Shown piece after piece: positions 12,412 through 25,699 of a stretch of DNA of 64,000 nucleotides; positions within the stretch are counted from its first letter, which is position 1, and every line of letters begins with the position of its first letter. Location of the stretch: NCBI RefSeq assembly GCF_964213995.1, contig NC_135812.1:43834001-43898000 (forward strand). Direction: 5' to 3'. Source of the stretch: Mustelus asterias (lineage: Eukaryota). Both the position numbers and the translations under genes were made by a program. Under the pieces are notes generated by a model. The model saw nothing but the letters and a program-made list of their open reading frames with translations, was not told the DNA's origin and did no database searches.

Positions 12412-13142
12412 CATTTACTCCAGGTCTTGCACACTCTCATACAGATGCATAGGTCCTTATGGCTGAGGTTCCTAAATATTGACAGCCACACCTCCCGTTG
12501 CATCACATGTTCTGAGCCACCAGCCAATGGTAGAGAATCAGGTTCAGGGCTGTCAGGTGGAGGCCGCACCACATGCCGCTCCATTTGAAATGGCTTAGGA
12601 GGAGACTGCACAGGGAGTTTGCTTAGTATCTGAGGACGAGCCAAACTTCCTAGAACCTTGTGACAAAGTTGACTGGATGGCCCATTTTTCTTCTTCAATG
12701 AAACCTCCACAGTCCTAAAGGAGTTTTTTTGAATACTCTCTCCTCGCAGGGAATAATAGTTATTTTCTCGATCCTTTGAGGCCAAAAGTGAATTACTTTT
12801 TATGTTTCTTGCATTCTCTTCATCTTCGTCCTCCTCTTCCTCATCATCTTCCTCACTAAAAATATCATTAGACAGTCTCCTGAGCTTGGACCTTTGATTA
12901 TCTGCCTTTGCAATAGACCTTGGACTAGATCCCCCACTGCTTCCTGCTGATCTCTGTAGGCTGGATTCGGATCCAGAACTTGAATCGGAGCCAGTATCAG
13001 AACTAGAGCTAGAGCTGGTTGCTTCATTTCGGTTGACACGTTTCATCATTTGTCGTATCCGTTCTATTCTTTCTGCATCTTCCGATCTTTCAAGGTGATT
13101 TACTTTTGTGTCTTCTTCAGAATTTGGAGTCGGTTTCCGTTT
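12412..13142 (-). CDS. KDM2B/FBXL19: Large exon: Ser-rich/acidic region plus F-box (731 nt, ends in phase 2)
   Basis: [11 protein letters not shown]...[59 protein letters not shown]; acceptor tttttgtctttag, donor TG|gtaagt; the following LRR exons were not found in 1-12411. Confidence 0.95.
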
Positions 13143-13679
13143 CTAAAGACAAAAATATATTAAACAGCTAAAATTATTAAAAACCTTCAAATGCTAACTG
13201 CATGACATTGTAAAAGGTTTAATAGTTACAGTAAGTCTCAAGTGATAAAACGGTCAATTACTTTCCACTTCCAAAGAGTTGAACTCTGTTATTTAAGTTT
13301 GTTCATTGTGCTAAATGAAAATGGGACAAGTACGAGATAGGTTTGAAAATCAAACCCCTATTTTTGACTAAAGATCACAAATTTGGAATTTGAAATAAGT
13401 GAAGCCACAGTGGATTTTGTTTAATTTATTTTAATGTGAAATTCCTGCCAAAATAAATGTTGACAAATAGCAATCAACACGGGAGCATAAAGCATTGCTT
13501 CCCTCCTGGCTTTATTCCAGTTCCATTTGACATTATTGCTGTTAAATAACATGTCTCAAAGCTTTTCACATACAGTGATGCAACCTGAAATGTAATGACC
13601 AAACAAGTGTGCAACCATTTTTCACATAGCAAGTTACTGCAGACAGCAAAGCACAAATTTTAGTCAGGCTGGTTGAGGA

Positions 13680-15062
13680 AGGAGAGGGGAGAGATACAAA
13701 AGTGTCCAGAGGGGCAATTTTTTCACAGAGGGTGGTGATACTAAGCAAACTCCCAGTGCAGTTTCCTCCTAAGCGTGTCTGGAACAAGCTGCCAGAAGTA
13801 GTAGTAGAGGCGGGTACAATTTTATCTTTTAAAAAGCATTTAGATAGTTACATGGGTACGATGGGTATAGAGGGATATGGGCCAAATGCGGGCAATTGGG
13901 ATTAGTTTAGGGGTTTTAAAAAAAAGGGCGGCATGGACAAGTTGGGCCGAAGGCCAACTGTAAACCTCTGACTCTGACTCTAAGGAAGGTTGAGCAGGGG
14001 GATAACAGGAAAATTCTGTTTTTCATATATGGCCTTGGAACTTATTGCACCTCAGGACAGGATCTCTAGCAATGCAGCATTACAACCGGTTAATATGCAG
14101 GATCAGTTGGCAGTTAGGAAGGCAAACTCAATATTAGCTTTCATTTCTAGAGGGCTAGAATACAAGAGCAGGGATGTACGGTACGGTAGCACAGTGGTTA
14201 GCACTGCTGCTTCACAGCTCCAGGGACCTGGGTTCGATTCCCGGCTTGGGTCACTGTCTGTGTGGAGTTTGCACATTCTCCTCGTGTCTGCGTGGGTTTC
14301 CTCCGGGTGCTCCGGTTTCCTCCCACAGTCCAAAGATGTGTGGGTTAGGTTGATTGGCTATGCTAAAATTGCCCTTAGTGGCCTGGGATGCGTAGGTTAG
14401 AGGGATTAGTGGGTAAATATGTAGGTATATGGGGGTAGGTGGGATTGTGGTTGGTGCAGACTCGATGGGCTGAATGGCCTCTTTCTGTGCTGTAGGGTTT
14501 CTAAGTTTCTAAGTATTGCTGAGGCTGTATAAGGTTCTGGTCATTTGGAATATTTGGGCCCCATATCTAAGGAAGGATGTGCTGGCCTTGGAGGGGGTCC
14601 AGAGGAGGTTCAGAAGAATGATCCCAGGAATGTCATATAAGGAGCGGTTGATGAGTCTGGGTCTATACTTGATGGAGGATGAAGGGGGATCTAATTGAAA
14701 CTTACAGAATACTGAGAGGCCTAGATAGAGTGGACGTGGAGAGGATGTTTCCATTAGTGGGAGAGACTAGAACTCGAGGGCACAACTTCAGAGTGAAGGG
14801 ACAACTCCTTTAAAACTGAAGTGAGGAGGAATTTCTTCAACCAGATGGTGGTGAATCTGTGGAATTCATTGCCACAGAGGGCTGTGGAGGGCAGGTCACT
14901 GAGTGTCTTTAAGACAGAGATAGAGAGGTTCTTGATCAATAAGGAGATTAAGGGGAGAAGGCAGGAGAATGGGGATGAGAATCATATCAGCTACGATTAA
15001 ATGGTGAAGCAGACTCAATGGGCTGAATGGCCTCATCTCCTATATCTTATGGTCTTGTGGTA
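13680..15062 (+). mobile_element. CR1 3' fragments (~13680-13980; ~14090-15062 interrupted by a SINE)
   Basis: AVRKANSILAFISRGLEYKSRDV|LLRLYK split by the SINE. Confidence 0.82.
14179..14512 (+). mobile_element. HE1-type V-SINE inserted in CR1
   Basis: Near-identical to the reverse complement of 6155-6498. Confidence 0.88.
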
Positions 15063-15424
15063 TTATACACAGGATTATCAGCTAAGTATTTCTGTTTAAG
15101 GACTAGTCTGGGAATTCAACTCATTTTTTTGCCACAGCTATCAATTGAACTAAGGTAAATACAATATGAAACAGTTTCAAGAAGGTCTACTTTATTTACT
15201 GGCCCTCAAGGAACAAAAAACTGAATTAAAAAAACTGTTATGTTGGCTTATGTACACCCAGTTGCTCTCTTTCAATTTATTTTATTTTTAAAAGACTGCT
15301 GTAAGGACTAACCTGTAAGACAAGTCCAGACAAGATAGAAATAGAGGACAGACCTTAATTTGCTCCTTTCCGATGGCAAAATTGTTGCACGATACAAACT
15401 GGTGCAGTTTCACTTACTATAGAG

Positions 15425-15780
15425 GAGGCAGTGGTAAAGCGGCATTGTCACTAGACTAATAAATCCAGGGACCCAGGGTAATGCTCTGGATTAATGCATC
15501 CAAATTCAAATCCCACCACAGCAAATGGTGAAATTTGAATTCAATAAGAATCTGGAATTAAAAAAGTCTAATGATGACAATAAAACCATTGTTGGTTGTT
15601 GTAAAAACCCATCTGGTTCACTAATGTCCTTTAGGAAAGAAAATCTGCCACCCTTACCTGGTCTGCCTACATGTGACTCCAGATCCATTGCAATGCCCTC
15701 TAAAAAGTGCTAACAAACTTAGTTCAAGGGCAGTTAAGGATGGGCAATAAGTGCCCACCTAACCAGCGATGCCCGCATTC
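15425..15780 (+). mobile_element. tRNA-derived SINE sharing its 3' tail with the RTEX-like LINE; HE1 3' fragment follows on the minus strand to ~15966
   Basis: ggttcactaatgtcctttagg...ttcaagggcagttaaggatgggcaataa; related copy ~3389-3935 and ~4865-5045. Confidence 0.65.
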
Positions 15781-17109
15781 ATAGAATCATAGAAACCCTA
15801 CAGTGCTGAAAGAAGCCATCTGGCCCATCAAGTCTGCACCGACCACAATCCCAACCAGGCTCTACCTACCCCCATATCCCCTATATATTTTACTCGCTAA
15901 TCCCTCTAACCTACGCATCTCAGGACACTAAGCGGCAATTTTAGTATGGCCAATCAACCTAACCTGAACAAATAGAAAAATCTAAGCAAACACAGTTCAA
16001 GTCTTGAATTCTGGCTTATGGATTGGATGGCAAGGAGTAATGAGGGTACTGACAGAATTAGAAAAACAATTTTACAAACCACTTAATCCAAAATTATGGG
16101 ATTATCAAGTAGGACATAAGAATTTGATGATAGAATCAATGTAATAGTGCCCTGAGCTATATAGCATTTGGGATTATATTGAATGATATCAACTTCCAGG
16201 AGGTGGATCTTCTCACAGCAGCTTCTTTCAAGAGGTGGATCTACTTACAGCTGGTGGATGGCTGGGCAGTGATGTTCTGGGCTGCGGGGATTAGATGGAG
16301 AGGAGAGGCATGAAGAGGTGGGCCGAGTGTGGAGATCTAAAGGGGTGAATGTAGGGAGGATGGGTGTGGCAGGGCAAAGAGAGAGAGATGCTGCAGGATT
16401 ATCAAATTGGTGAGACGGATGGGGTGGGAAGGGTGTTCTGGAATGCTGGCAGGGGTGCAGCTGTGAATGGACATTGTGGGGGGAGGGGTGCAGAGGGAGG
16501 TGTCTGTGCTGTCAATAGATGTTACTTGGGGTCATACTCAAGAAATTGGTGAAAGGAAGGGATGGCGACGGCTAAAGGAGGCAGTGGGAGTCAGTAATAT
16601 GGAAGGATGAGGATCCTGTAATGTTGGGTGAAGGGGCGCTGAGGGTTGTTGGAAGGGAGACTGTAAGAGGGAGTTTAGAATAATTTGGGACTAACAGATC
16701 AGGGTAGATTAATTTAGAGTGAAGTCACAAAGTGCCTGCAATATATTTTACAAAGGTACTGTTTGCATAGAGACACATATAACCACGATTAGAGAATTTA
16801 AACAGGCATTTTTGAAAGTATGTAGTACTTACAATGCTAGGGCCTTGGGGCAGATGAGTGTGAAGGGCAACAGCTCAGCATACATGAGAGACTTCTTGCA
16901 CATATGGCTTGTAAGGGCCCTAGCAAATACCTTGGCTTCCTTGCACATGCATGATTCCGGGGAACATAGACGCAATCTTGGGTGATCCCTGAAGATGGCA
17001 ATGTAGGGTGGGCGGAAAATGGACACTCAGGGACATTGTAAATAAACCACATCAGACCTCGTTAAAATTCAAGTGTACTATATTTACAAAAGTGTCATAA
17101 GATTATCAT

Positions 17110-18885
17110 AGTGCACCCATGCAACAATATGCAAAGCAGCAAATCTGCGTGTTTTCCAACTGGAAACCATGGATGAACAGGGATATCCACTGCTTGCTGA
17201 AGTCTAGGTCTGAGGCATTCGAGTCAGGAGACCCTGGCCTATTCAAGAAAGCCAGATACGATCTAAGGCAATCCATCAAGGATGCCAAAAGACAGTACTG
17301 AACCAAGCTAGAGTCCCAAGGCTAGCCACACAGACCCACGCCGACAATTGAAGACATAACAGGCTACAAGATGAAGGCATGTAAAATCGCCAGCTCCAAT
17401 GCACCCCTCCCTGATGAGCTCAATACATTCTACGTCCGTTTTGAGCAAGAGGTCAGCGAGAGCACACCCTCCACCCCGGAAGCCTCAGATGAACCTGTAT
17501 CTATCTGGGGTCACCATTGCAGGTGGCAGAGCAGCTGTCTTGAAGCGTAAAAACAACTGGCCCAGATGGGGTATCCATCTCAGATCTCAGACAAGCACTC
17601 AGATCCTGCACGTATCGCAGACATCTTCAACCTCTCTTTACAACAATCGGAGGTTCCTAGCTCCTTCAAGAAGACGACCATCATCCCAGTACCAAAGAAA
17701 AGACAAGCAGTGTGGCCTAATGACAATCGTTCAGTGGCTCCGACATCCATCATCATGAAGTGCTTCAAAAGGTTATTCATGGCATGAATCAATTCCAGCC
17801 TCCCGGATTGCCTGGATCCACTACAGTTCGCCTACCGCCGCAACAGGCCAACAGCAGACGCCATCTCCCGGGCCTTGCACTCAACCCTGGAACACTTAAA
17901 TAACAAAGACACTTATATCAGACACCTATTTATTGACGACAGCTCAGCCTTCAACACCATTATTCCTACAAAACTCACCTCCAAACTCCGTGGCCTGGGG
18001 CTCAGCTCCTCCCCATGTGACTGGATCCTGAACTTCCAAACTCACAGACCACAATCAATAAGGATAGGCAACAACATCTCCTCCACGATCATCCCTTTGT
18101 CCCACAAGGCTGTGTTCTCAGCCCCCTACTATACTCCTTATACACCTATGACTGTGTGGCCAAATTCCCCTCCAATTCGATTTTCAAGTTTGCTGATGAC
18201 ACCACCGTAGTGGGTTGGATCTGAAACAACGACGAAATGGAGTACAGGAAAGAGCTTCAAGTTTTTAAATGTCCAGATCACCAATAACCTGTGTTGGTCC
18301 CCCATGCCGACACGATAGTTAAGAATGCCCAGCAACGCCTCTACTTTCTCAGAAGAATAAGGAAATTTGGCATGTCAGCTACGACTCTCAACTTTTACAG
18401 ATGCACCATAGAAAGCTTTCTTTCTGGTTGTATCTCAGCTTGGTATGGCTCCTGCTCTGCCTAAGCCTGCAAGAAACTACAAAGGGTCGTGAATGAAGCC
18501 CAGTCCATCACGCAAGCCTGCCTCCTATCCATTGACTCGGTCTACATTCCTGCTGCCTCGGAAAAGCAGCCAGCATAATTAAGGACCTCACGCACCCCGG
18601 ACATACTTTCTTCCACCTTCCTCCGTGTGGAAAAAGATACAAAACTCTGAAGTCACGTCCAAACTGACTCAAGAACAACTTCTTCCCTGCTGCCATCAGA
18701 CTTTTGAATGGACCTACCTCGCACTAAGCTGATCTTTCTGTGCACCCTAGCTATGACTGTAACACTACATTCTGCACTCTCTTTTCCTTCTCAATGAACG
18801 GTATGCTTTGTCTGTATTGTGCTCAAGAAACAATACTTTTCACTGCATACTAATACGTGACAAAAATAAATCAAATCAAAATCAA
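17110..18885 (+). mobile_element. Rex1/Babar-clade LINE, 5'-truncated and frameshifted
   Basis: FKKTTIIPVPKK...PTSIIMKCFKRL; [11 protein letters not shown]; [28 protein letters not shown]. Confidence 0.88.
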
Positions 18886-18899
18886 TATGAAATCAAACC

Positions 18900-20760
18900 T
18901 TAATATTTTGTTCCATACCTCTTCCTCTAGGTGCTCCCTGCCATCTATAGCAGGGGTGGAGGCAGCCTGCTGACCAGCAGCAATCCTCTGGAGACCTGGG
19001 GTCTGGAGGGCCCTGAATTGCTTTGGCTTTCCTGTTGTGGGGCAGTTGATCCCTCTGTGGTCACAGAGGATGAGGCCGAAGACTATCTGATTCCTGAGTG
19101 GAGGTCCTATGCATGTCCAACTGCTGCTCTGCCTCCCTTTGGGTCCCTGAGGGTTCCTGCCAGACTCAAGGGGAAGGTGCACCTGGAGGGAGGTCCAGGG
19201 AGCCCTGACTCCCTCTCATGTAGCCACTGCGAGGCTCACCCATGGCTACAGCAATGGAATGCAGGTCTGCGCACATATCCAGCAGAACCTGTTGGACTCC
19301 AGTTCTCCATGGCGTTCATCACCCTACCCATGGAGACCTCCATGCGTGCATTGGTCAGAACCACTGCAGAGAGGAGGCGGATAGACTCTGTCGAGGACCT
19401 TAGCCACCTCTGCCTAATGTTCCTGTCTCTTGCTGCCTCACCAGCATTTTGTGAACAGCCAGTCGCAGAGGTTCATCATCAACGTCACAGATGCCTCTGC
19501 CCCTGCAGTCCTCTGAGTGTCAGTGAACACCAAGTTCACCTTCTCCTGCTGTGGACATATGTACATGCAGTGACCACCTTCTTAAACTATATCTAGCGCC
19601 CATATAGTGTGCGCCTCAACACTCATGGAGTGTGCCGGTAACCACTTTCTTCCTGCTCCCAAATGTCCTTTGTGGGCTACTAGTCAGGGATTCATCCACT
19701 TGCCTTCACTTCTTCCTGCTAGCACTCAAGTGTGAGAAAGGAGTAAGTGACTGCATGTGCTGCCTCTAACATGGAAGAATGTATGACCCTTGGGTTTCAA
19801 TGCCACATGCGTGGATCCTTACTGAATGGAGGCTGCCTGCAATCTCTCCATCTCCACAGGATTGGTTATGTTCCTCCCTGACATTGAACTGCCTGCTCCT
19901 TGAAGCTGGTCAAACTCTCCAAGACAGGCAGGCCCCTCCTGTCTTCTCCCTCTCCTATTATTCCTGAACTTTTCCTGCACAGAGAGAGATGAAGAAGTTG
20001 AGAACTATTGGGTTTCCAGGTTTCACGCTCATTTCCACTTTCAGAAATAACCTATTGGATTGCAGCCATGTGATTGATGCACTGCAGGTTGTTCACAATG
20101 GTTTTGGGGCAGCACCCCTCAGAGCAATGAAAAAATGCAAATATAAAAACAAACCTCAGAGGCATATCATTAGCAGTGCTTGCTGGTGTCCTTAATTCCT
20201 GAGCCCCTTTACCACTGCACCCAGTACCAGTGCACATCTTCCCCCCACCTCCACCACCAGGGCAACTACTGATGGGTAATAAATGTGGCCAGCCAGCGAC
20301 ACCCATTACCCAAGAATGAATAAAAGATTATGAGCTCTCTGTGTGGAAGAGCTAGGGACCCAAAGTAGCCTCTCCACCTGCAGACTAGATAGACTGCAGT
20401 GGGATTATGAGGCATCACCTTACCATGTTGCCACTGAAGCCCATGACCCCCACTGCCATTCAGTGAGGTGAATGTATGCAACGGAGTGAGGGTTCACTTG
20501 GCTGGCAGAGCAGATGAGAGCATTCACCTGTTTCCTGCACTGTAGGGCAGTCCTCTGGTGGATGCTGTGGGCACTGATCTACCCTCGAAATTTTCTCTCA
20601 TACTGGATTGGTCTGTCAACTCAGCCTCCTCCTCGCATCTGTTGGGTAGAGGACGCCCCTCCTGGTTTCCACTTCATTCAAAAGGACTCACAGGGTGGCA
20701 TTAAGGAATTTGGGAATGGAGTTCCTGATGATCTGCAGGCCATTGCCTCCTTAAACATTG
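18900..20760 (-). pseudogene. Decayed Harbinger-type Myb/SANT-like gene remnant
   Basis: Minus strand ~20490-20700 reads, with disruptions, LNEVETRRGVLYPTDARRR...SAHSIHQRTALQCRKQVNALI; ~19930-19975 gives an EKFRNNRR..TGG-like motif. Confidence 0.6.
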
Positions 20761-20779
20761 GATAGGTTACTGTCCAGGT

Positions 20780-21245
20780 GCCAGTCCCACCAAGTTCTAC
20801 TTAGTTCTGAAATGAAAAATTCTGCCATAACACACTTGTCTCTGAATCTGGAGGTTGTCAGTTCAAGTGTTACTCCTGATACTCGACTACAAAGTCTGGA
20901 TTGGAACTTTAACGCAGTAATTGAAGGATTGCTGCATGGCTGGAGTGATGTCTTTCAGATGAAATGTTAAACTGAGGCTCTGTCAAGTTCATATCAAATA
21001 TCTCATGGCACTATTTTGAACAGAAAGGTTTAGGAGCAATCAGTTCTCTGGCCAATATTCATTTCCCAACCGACACCCAAAATAATCTGGTCATCATTAA
21101 GCCATTTGTGCGATCTTGCTTTGTGCAAATTAGCAACTGCAATTCCTACTTTACAACAGTAACAATTTCAAAAGTACTTTGTTGGTTATAAAGCTCTCTG
21201 GGACATTGAGGTCATGAAAGATGCAATATAAATGCATGTCTGTTT
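20780..21245 (+). mobile_element. DeuSINE (SacSINE1/AmnSINE-like)
   Basis: catggcactatttt...ctggtcat...gatcttgct...gttataaagc...gggac...atataaatgca; related copies 22085-22536(-), 58975-59340(-), 62720-62907(+). Confidence 0.65.
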
Positions 21246-21764
21246 TATGGATGTAAAGGCCATCGTTCTGAAACCTCTATTTCCAACAAATGTTTTTATT
21301 TCAAACTTACCTACTTTGCTGAAAACTATTTCAAATTTAGATATCAAAGAAGTGGTAAAAAATTGGCTTAAAAGTTGCGTTTTCTTTTTAAGGAAGTAGA
21401 CCTTGCTTTTTGGATGCAACAAAATGACTGTAAAAGTAAAATATGTAAAGAATCACACAATGCAAAAGCAGCAAAGTTGAAGGATAGAATTTTGTTTCAG
21501 TGTAATGGAATATTTGGGACCAAACAGCCTAAACACAAACACAGAAGTATACATTCAAATTGCAATATATTACAGATCAGTTAGGATCCTCATGAACATT
21601 ACTGAGTGACTTATTGAGCACAAAATATAGTACATAATATGGAAAATTTAGATTCCTTTCTCTGGAAACTAAACTGGCAAGTGCTAAAACAGTGACGATA
21701 CTAAAAAGGCATTCAACATTCTTTAAATCTAAGGGCAAAACCGTGCCAAAAAAATGGCAGAGAT

Positions 21765-22050
21765 GGCACGGACCCAGGTTCAATTCCGGCCTTGGCTGAC
21801 TGTCTTTGTGGAGTTTGCACATTCTCCCCATGTCTGTGTGGGTTTCCTCTGAGTGCTCCAGTTTCCTCCCACAGTCCAAAGGTATGCAGGTTAGGTGGAT
21901 TGGCCATGTGTAGGTTAGGGGGATTAGCAGGATAAATACGTGGAATTACAGGTATAGGGCCTGGGTGGGATGCTCTGTCGGGAGAGTCGCTGCAGATTCA
22001 ATGGGCCGAATGGCCTCCTTCTGCACTGTAGGGTTTTGATGATTCTATGA
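21765..22050 (+). mobile_element. HE1-type V-SINE
   Basis: V domain gtggagtttgcacattctcccc...gggtttcctc; tail ctgcactgtagg. Confidence 0.82.
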
Positions 22051-22084
22051 TAAGCTTAAATCAGAATGGATAATAAAGACAGAC

Positions 22085-22536
22085 ATACATTTATATAGCA
22101 CTTTTCACAACCAGACATTTTATAGCACTTTGCAGCCAATGAAATACCACTTAAATGTAATCACTGCACTAATTTAGGAAACATAGAAGCCTATTTGTAC
22201 ACACCAAACTCCCATAAAAAGCAATGTGTCGTAACCAGATAATCTGTTTTTGTGATGTTATTTGAGGGATTAATATTGACCAGAACACTGGGATTAGCTC
22301 CCCTTCTGTTTTTCAAAAAAGTGCCATGGGATTGTTTACATCCACCCAAGCAAGCAGTTGGGACCTTGTTTAACATCTTATTCAAAAGACAGCACCTCAG
22401 ACAGTGCAGTGTTCCCTCATTACTGCACTGGAGTGACAGCCTTGATTTTTATGTTTAAGACCTGGAGTAGGACTTTGAATCACAAGGTTCTGGGTTCCGA
22501 GGTCAAGTGTGCCCACCAACTGAGCCACAGCTGCCA
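22085..22536 (-). mobile_element. DeuSINE copy
   Basis: Reverse-complement similarity to 20780-21245. Confidence 0.65.
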
Positions 22537-22729
22537 TGCAGTGCTCAACAATGTTCATTATTCAGCTAATCAATAGCAGCCATAGTTAAATAATTCTTTG
22601 TTACAAGACTACTCGTAGGTAAGGAAGTCAAATAGACTGAGGCAAAATGTAATACTTTACATATAAAGTGTAATTTTGGATAGCATACAAAGTACTGCAC
22701 ATTATAAATTTCATATTAACCAAGATCAG

Positions 22730-23026
22730 ATTTATTTATTTTATTAATGTCAAAAATGGCTTATATTAACAATGCAATGAAGTTACTGTGAAAATCCCCT
22801 AGTCACCACACTCCAGTGCCCGTTCAGGTACACTGAGGGAAAGTTTAACATGGCCAATGCACCTAACCAGCACTTCTTTCGGACCGTGGGAGGAAAACGG
22901 AGCACCCGGAGGAAACTCACGCAGAATCTGCAGACTCCTCATAGACAGTGACCGAAGCTGGGAATCGAACTTAGGTCCCTGGCGCTGTGAGGCAGCAGTG
23001 CTAACTACTGTGCCACCATGTCACCC
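22730..23026 (-). mobile_element. V-SINE variant with a different 3' tail
   Basis: HE1-like head and V domain; tail differs from the other copies. Confidence 0.65.
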
Positions 23027-24671
23027 AATTGGAGATCAATGGAGCATCACATTAATGATGCCTCCTTCCAAATTAACTGGAGTGTGCCACAAAACAATCA
23101 GGCAGCAACATTACAATTTTGTTAAATGGAAATTTCTTCCCACACAACCCAATTTAAATGCCTCCATGATATTTACTACAGTGGCTTTTGTACACTTCAG
23201 TTCTACTTAAAAGATCATACGAATTCTGTGCAGATGAATAGCAAAAACATTCCCACTGGATAGCCCTAAATTCCTTCCATGTTAATGTATCTTTGTTACC
23301 TCACTCACTCTTGCATAAACACAACAAATAAAAGATACCAACAGGATCATGAATTGTGGCCTAAGTATCCAGGCAAAGCCATTTTCAGCATACAACTCCT
23401 GGACTGGGCATGAACTAATCTACAATGGAAGACAAGTGGCATTGCATCAATCCTTGTACAAACATCTCCAATTTAGAAAGAATGATATTAACTGGACTGC
23501 ACACTGTATAGCTGAGAGAGAAAAGTTTGACTCCAGGTTACCAAGCAGTATGTGTAGAAGTTAATAAGTATCCAGGCTCTGTTTGACTTAGTTAACTCAA
23601 AGACAGCCAGAAATTGGCATCAAAAACCTTAAGGATTTGCTAGACATTGTTTAAAAACTCAAAATCCCAGCAAAACATCCAATTGCCAGATTAGTACTAG
23701 TTTTTCTCCAATAATTATTGTGGCCCGCATTTACTATAGTCCACAAAGTCAAAAACTAAACCCTCATCTTTTGGACTGGATGGTCTTATGTTTAAGAAAT
23801 TGACTGCACAGGTAAATCTGGAGGAACACTCTTTTACAACCAGTATGATCCTAGCTGATGTTGCCAGCATGGTATAAATTGAAAAGTACAAGCTTGTGAA
23901 GGTTTTCCTAAAGAAGTCAGTGTGCTGGAGTTGTCCACCAATTCTCCAGATTCACATCTCCACAAAATGGTTGTGTCATTATCTCATGGATTGTGTAAAC
24001 GCCTAATGTATCTAATAACTAATTCAAAACAACTGAAAACACATATGTGCGCACTCAGTATGAGTATTGCTGGAGGCCAGGAAACTAACCCAGCAACAGA
24101 GTTAGTGCCTTCAGGAGGACAGATAAAAATAAAAGGACGGTGCTTAGCAGCAAAATCATAATTCTCTCCATTCACAAGTCTGATTATGAGGGAACTTTGC
24201 ACTCAGAATTCAATCAGACCAACCTCATTTATAAAATAACTCAACGTAACTCACTGCTAGCTTGGAAGATCTTTGTGTTCAGTATTTAAATTAAACCCAA
24301 ACAAACAAATCAAGATGAAAATTAAATGTGTGCTGCTACATCTTTCTAAATTATTTAACTATTTAAATACTTCCGTTTTCTTAAAATAGCAGCAGCACAC
24401 TCAAATTGAAAGTATAAAGTCAGCATAAAAGGTTACTCAAGAGTGGTGTTCGTTAAATCATTCAGAGTCTGTGCAGTAGCTTACTTTGAAATTAGAAAAT
24501 ACTGAAATGCATACCTGAACGCCTTCAAAACTAAACATAAAATGGTTTAAAAAGATATTTTAATATGAACTTCTAAGTTACATAAATATTTCACAAACTT
24601 CATTATTTTAATGGAGACAACCAAATGAAAATTATGACATGTAACTTCTAAAATACAACATCATTGCCTAC

Positions 24672-24710
24672 CTTCCTCTTTTGAAGTTTGTCATCCTTTC
24701 CTCCTCTTAG
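24672..24710 (-). CDS. KDM2B/FBXL19: 39-nt exon LRGGKDDKLQKRK (absent from ORF track)
   Basis: ttccttttctttag|CTAAGAGGAGGAAAGGATGACAAACTTCAAAAGAGGAAG|gtaggc; phase 0-0; resembles KDM2B LKPGKEDKLFRKK and FBXL19 VKGGRERHLKK as recalled. Confidence 0.88.
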
Positions 24711-24859
24711 CTAAAGAAAAGGAAAGCATACCCATGAAAATACAATTAGGCACTGATTTGTAATAAGAAAGTTTTTGCATAGTGAGTTAAAGGCTTGTGA
24801 AATTCGCATATAAGCATTTTGCTTTGTTATCATTTGTGAGATTTACTAAATTAAGATAT

Positions 24860-25690
24860 TAGAAACAGATGAAGCCTATTTCGCAATGAGATCATGTTTG
24901 ATCTGTGATCTAAACCCAGATAGCTACCGTTAATACATTTGGTTAACAGTCTATCAATCTTGGATTTAAAATTAAACAATTTATCTAGCAACAATTGCGG
25001 CTTGCAAGAGTTCCAACCTTTCAAGTTTCTGAACCACACTCTTGAAAAACTCTCTCTAATTTTTAGGGCAGAGACTCCCCAACCAGTGGAAATAGTTCCT
25101 CCCAAAAGCTACACTATCAGCTCTTCTTAAATTTCTTCAAAATTTTGATAGTCATCAAATAACCATCTAAATTCCAGGGAATATAATCCTAATTTGTGCA
25201 ATCTTGTCTCATAATTTAATCCGGGAGTCCAGGTAATATTCTGGGAAGCCTACGTTGCACTCCCTCCAAGGTCAATTCTTAAGGTGTGGCACCCAATATT
25301 GAATATTGCTCCAGTAAATATTTTATGTATCTGTTCATGACATTTTAATGATCCAAGACCTCCATCGTTTTTATTTTTTCACCCTTTAGAAAGTACTCTG
25401 ACCTAGCCTCTTTTAGGCCCGAAGTGGTTGACTTCACAGTTGCCTACATTGAAATTCATTTGCCACAATTTTCTCCATTCACTTAATCTATATTACAACG
25501 GAGACTACATTCGAAAAAGTGCTTCATTGGCTGTAAAGTGCTTTGACGCATCTGGAAACTTGAGGCTATACAAATACAGTTCTTTCCTTCCTATTAACAT
25601 TTCTCTAATTTTATACTCCCATCCACACTGCTTACAATGCCACCCTACTTTGTGTCATCAGCAAATTTGGATATATGGCTTTCTATGTAT
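24860..25690 (-). mobile_element. Old CR1 fragments with an embedded DeuSINE/L2 tail
   Basis: aaattcatttgcca, tttgtgtcatcagcaaatt (FADDTK antisense). Confidence 0.55.
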
Positions 25691-25699
25691 CATCTTAGG

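Noticed and set aside
18931-19596. 221-aa plus-strand ORF
   Set aside because: Antisense to the decayed Harbinger-like region; no recognisable domain.
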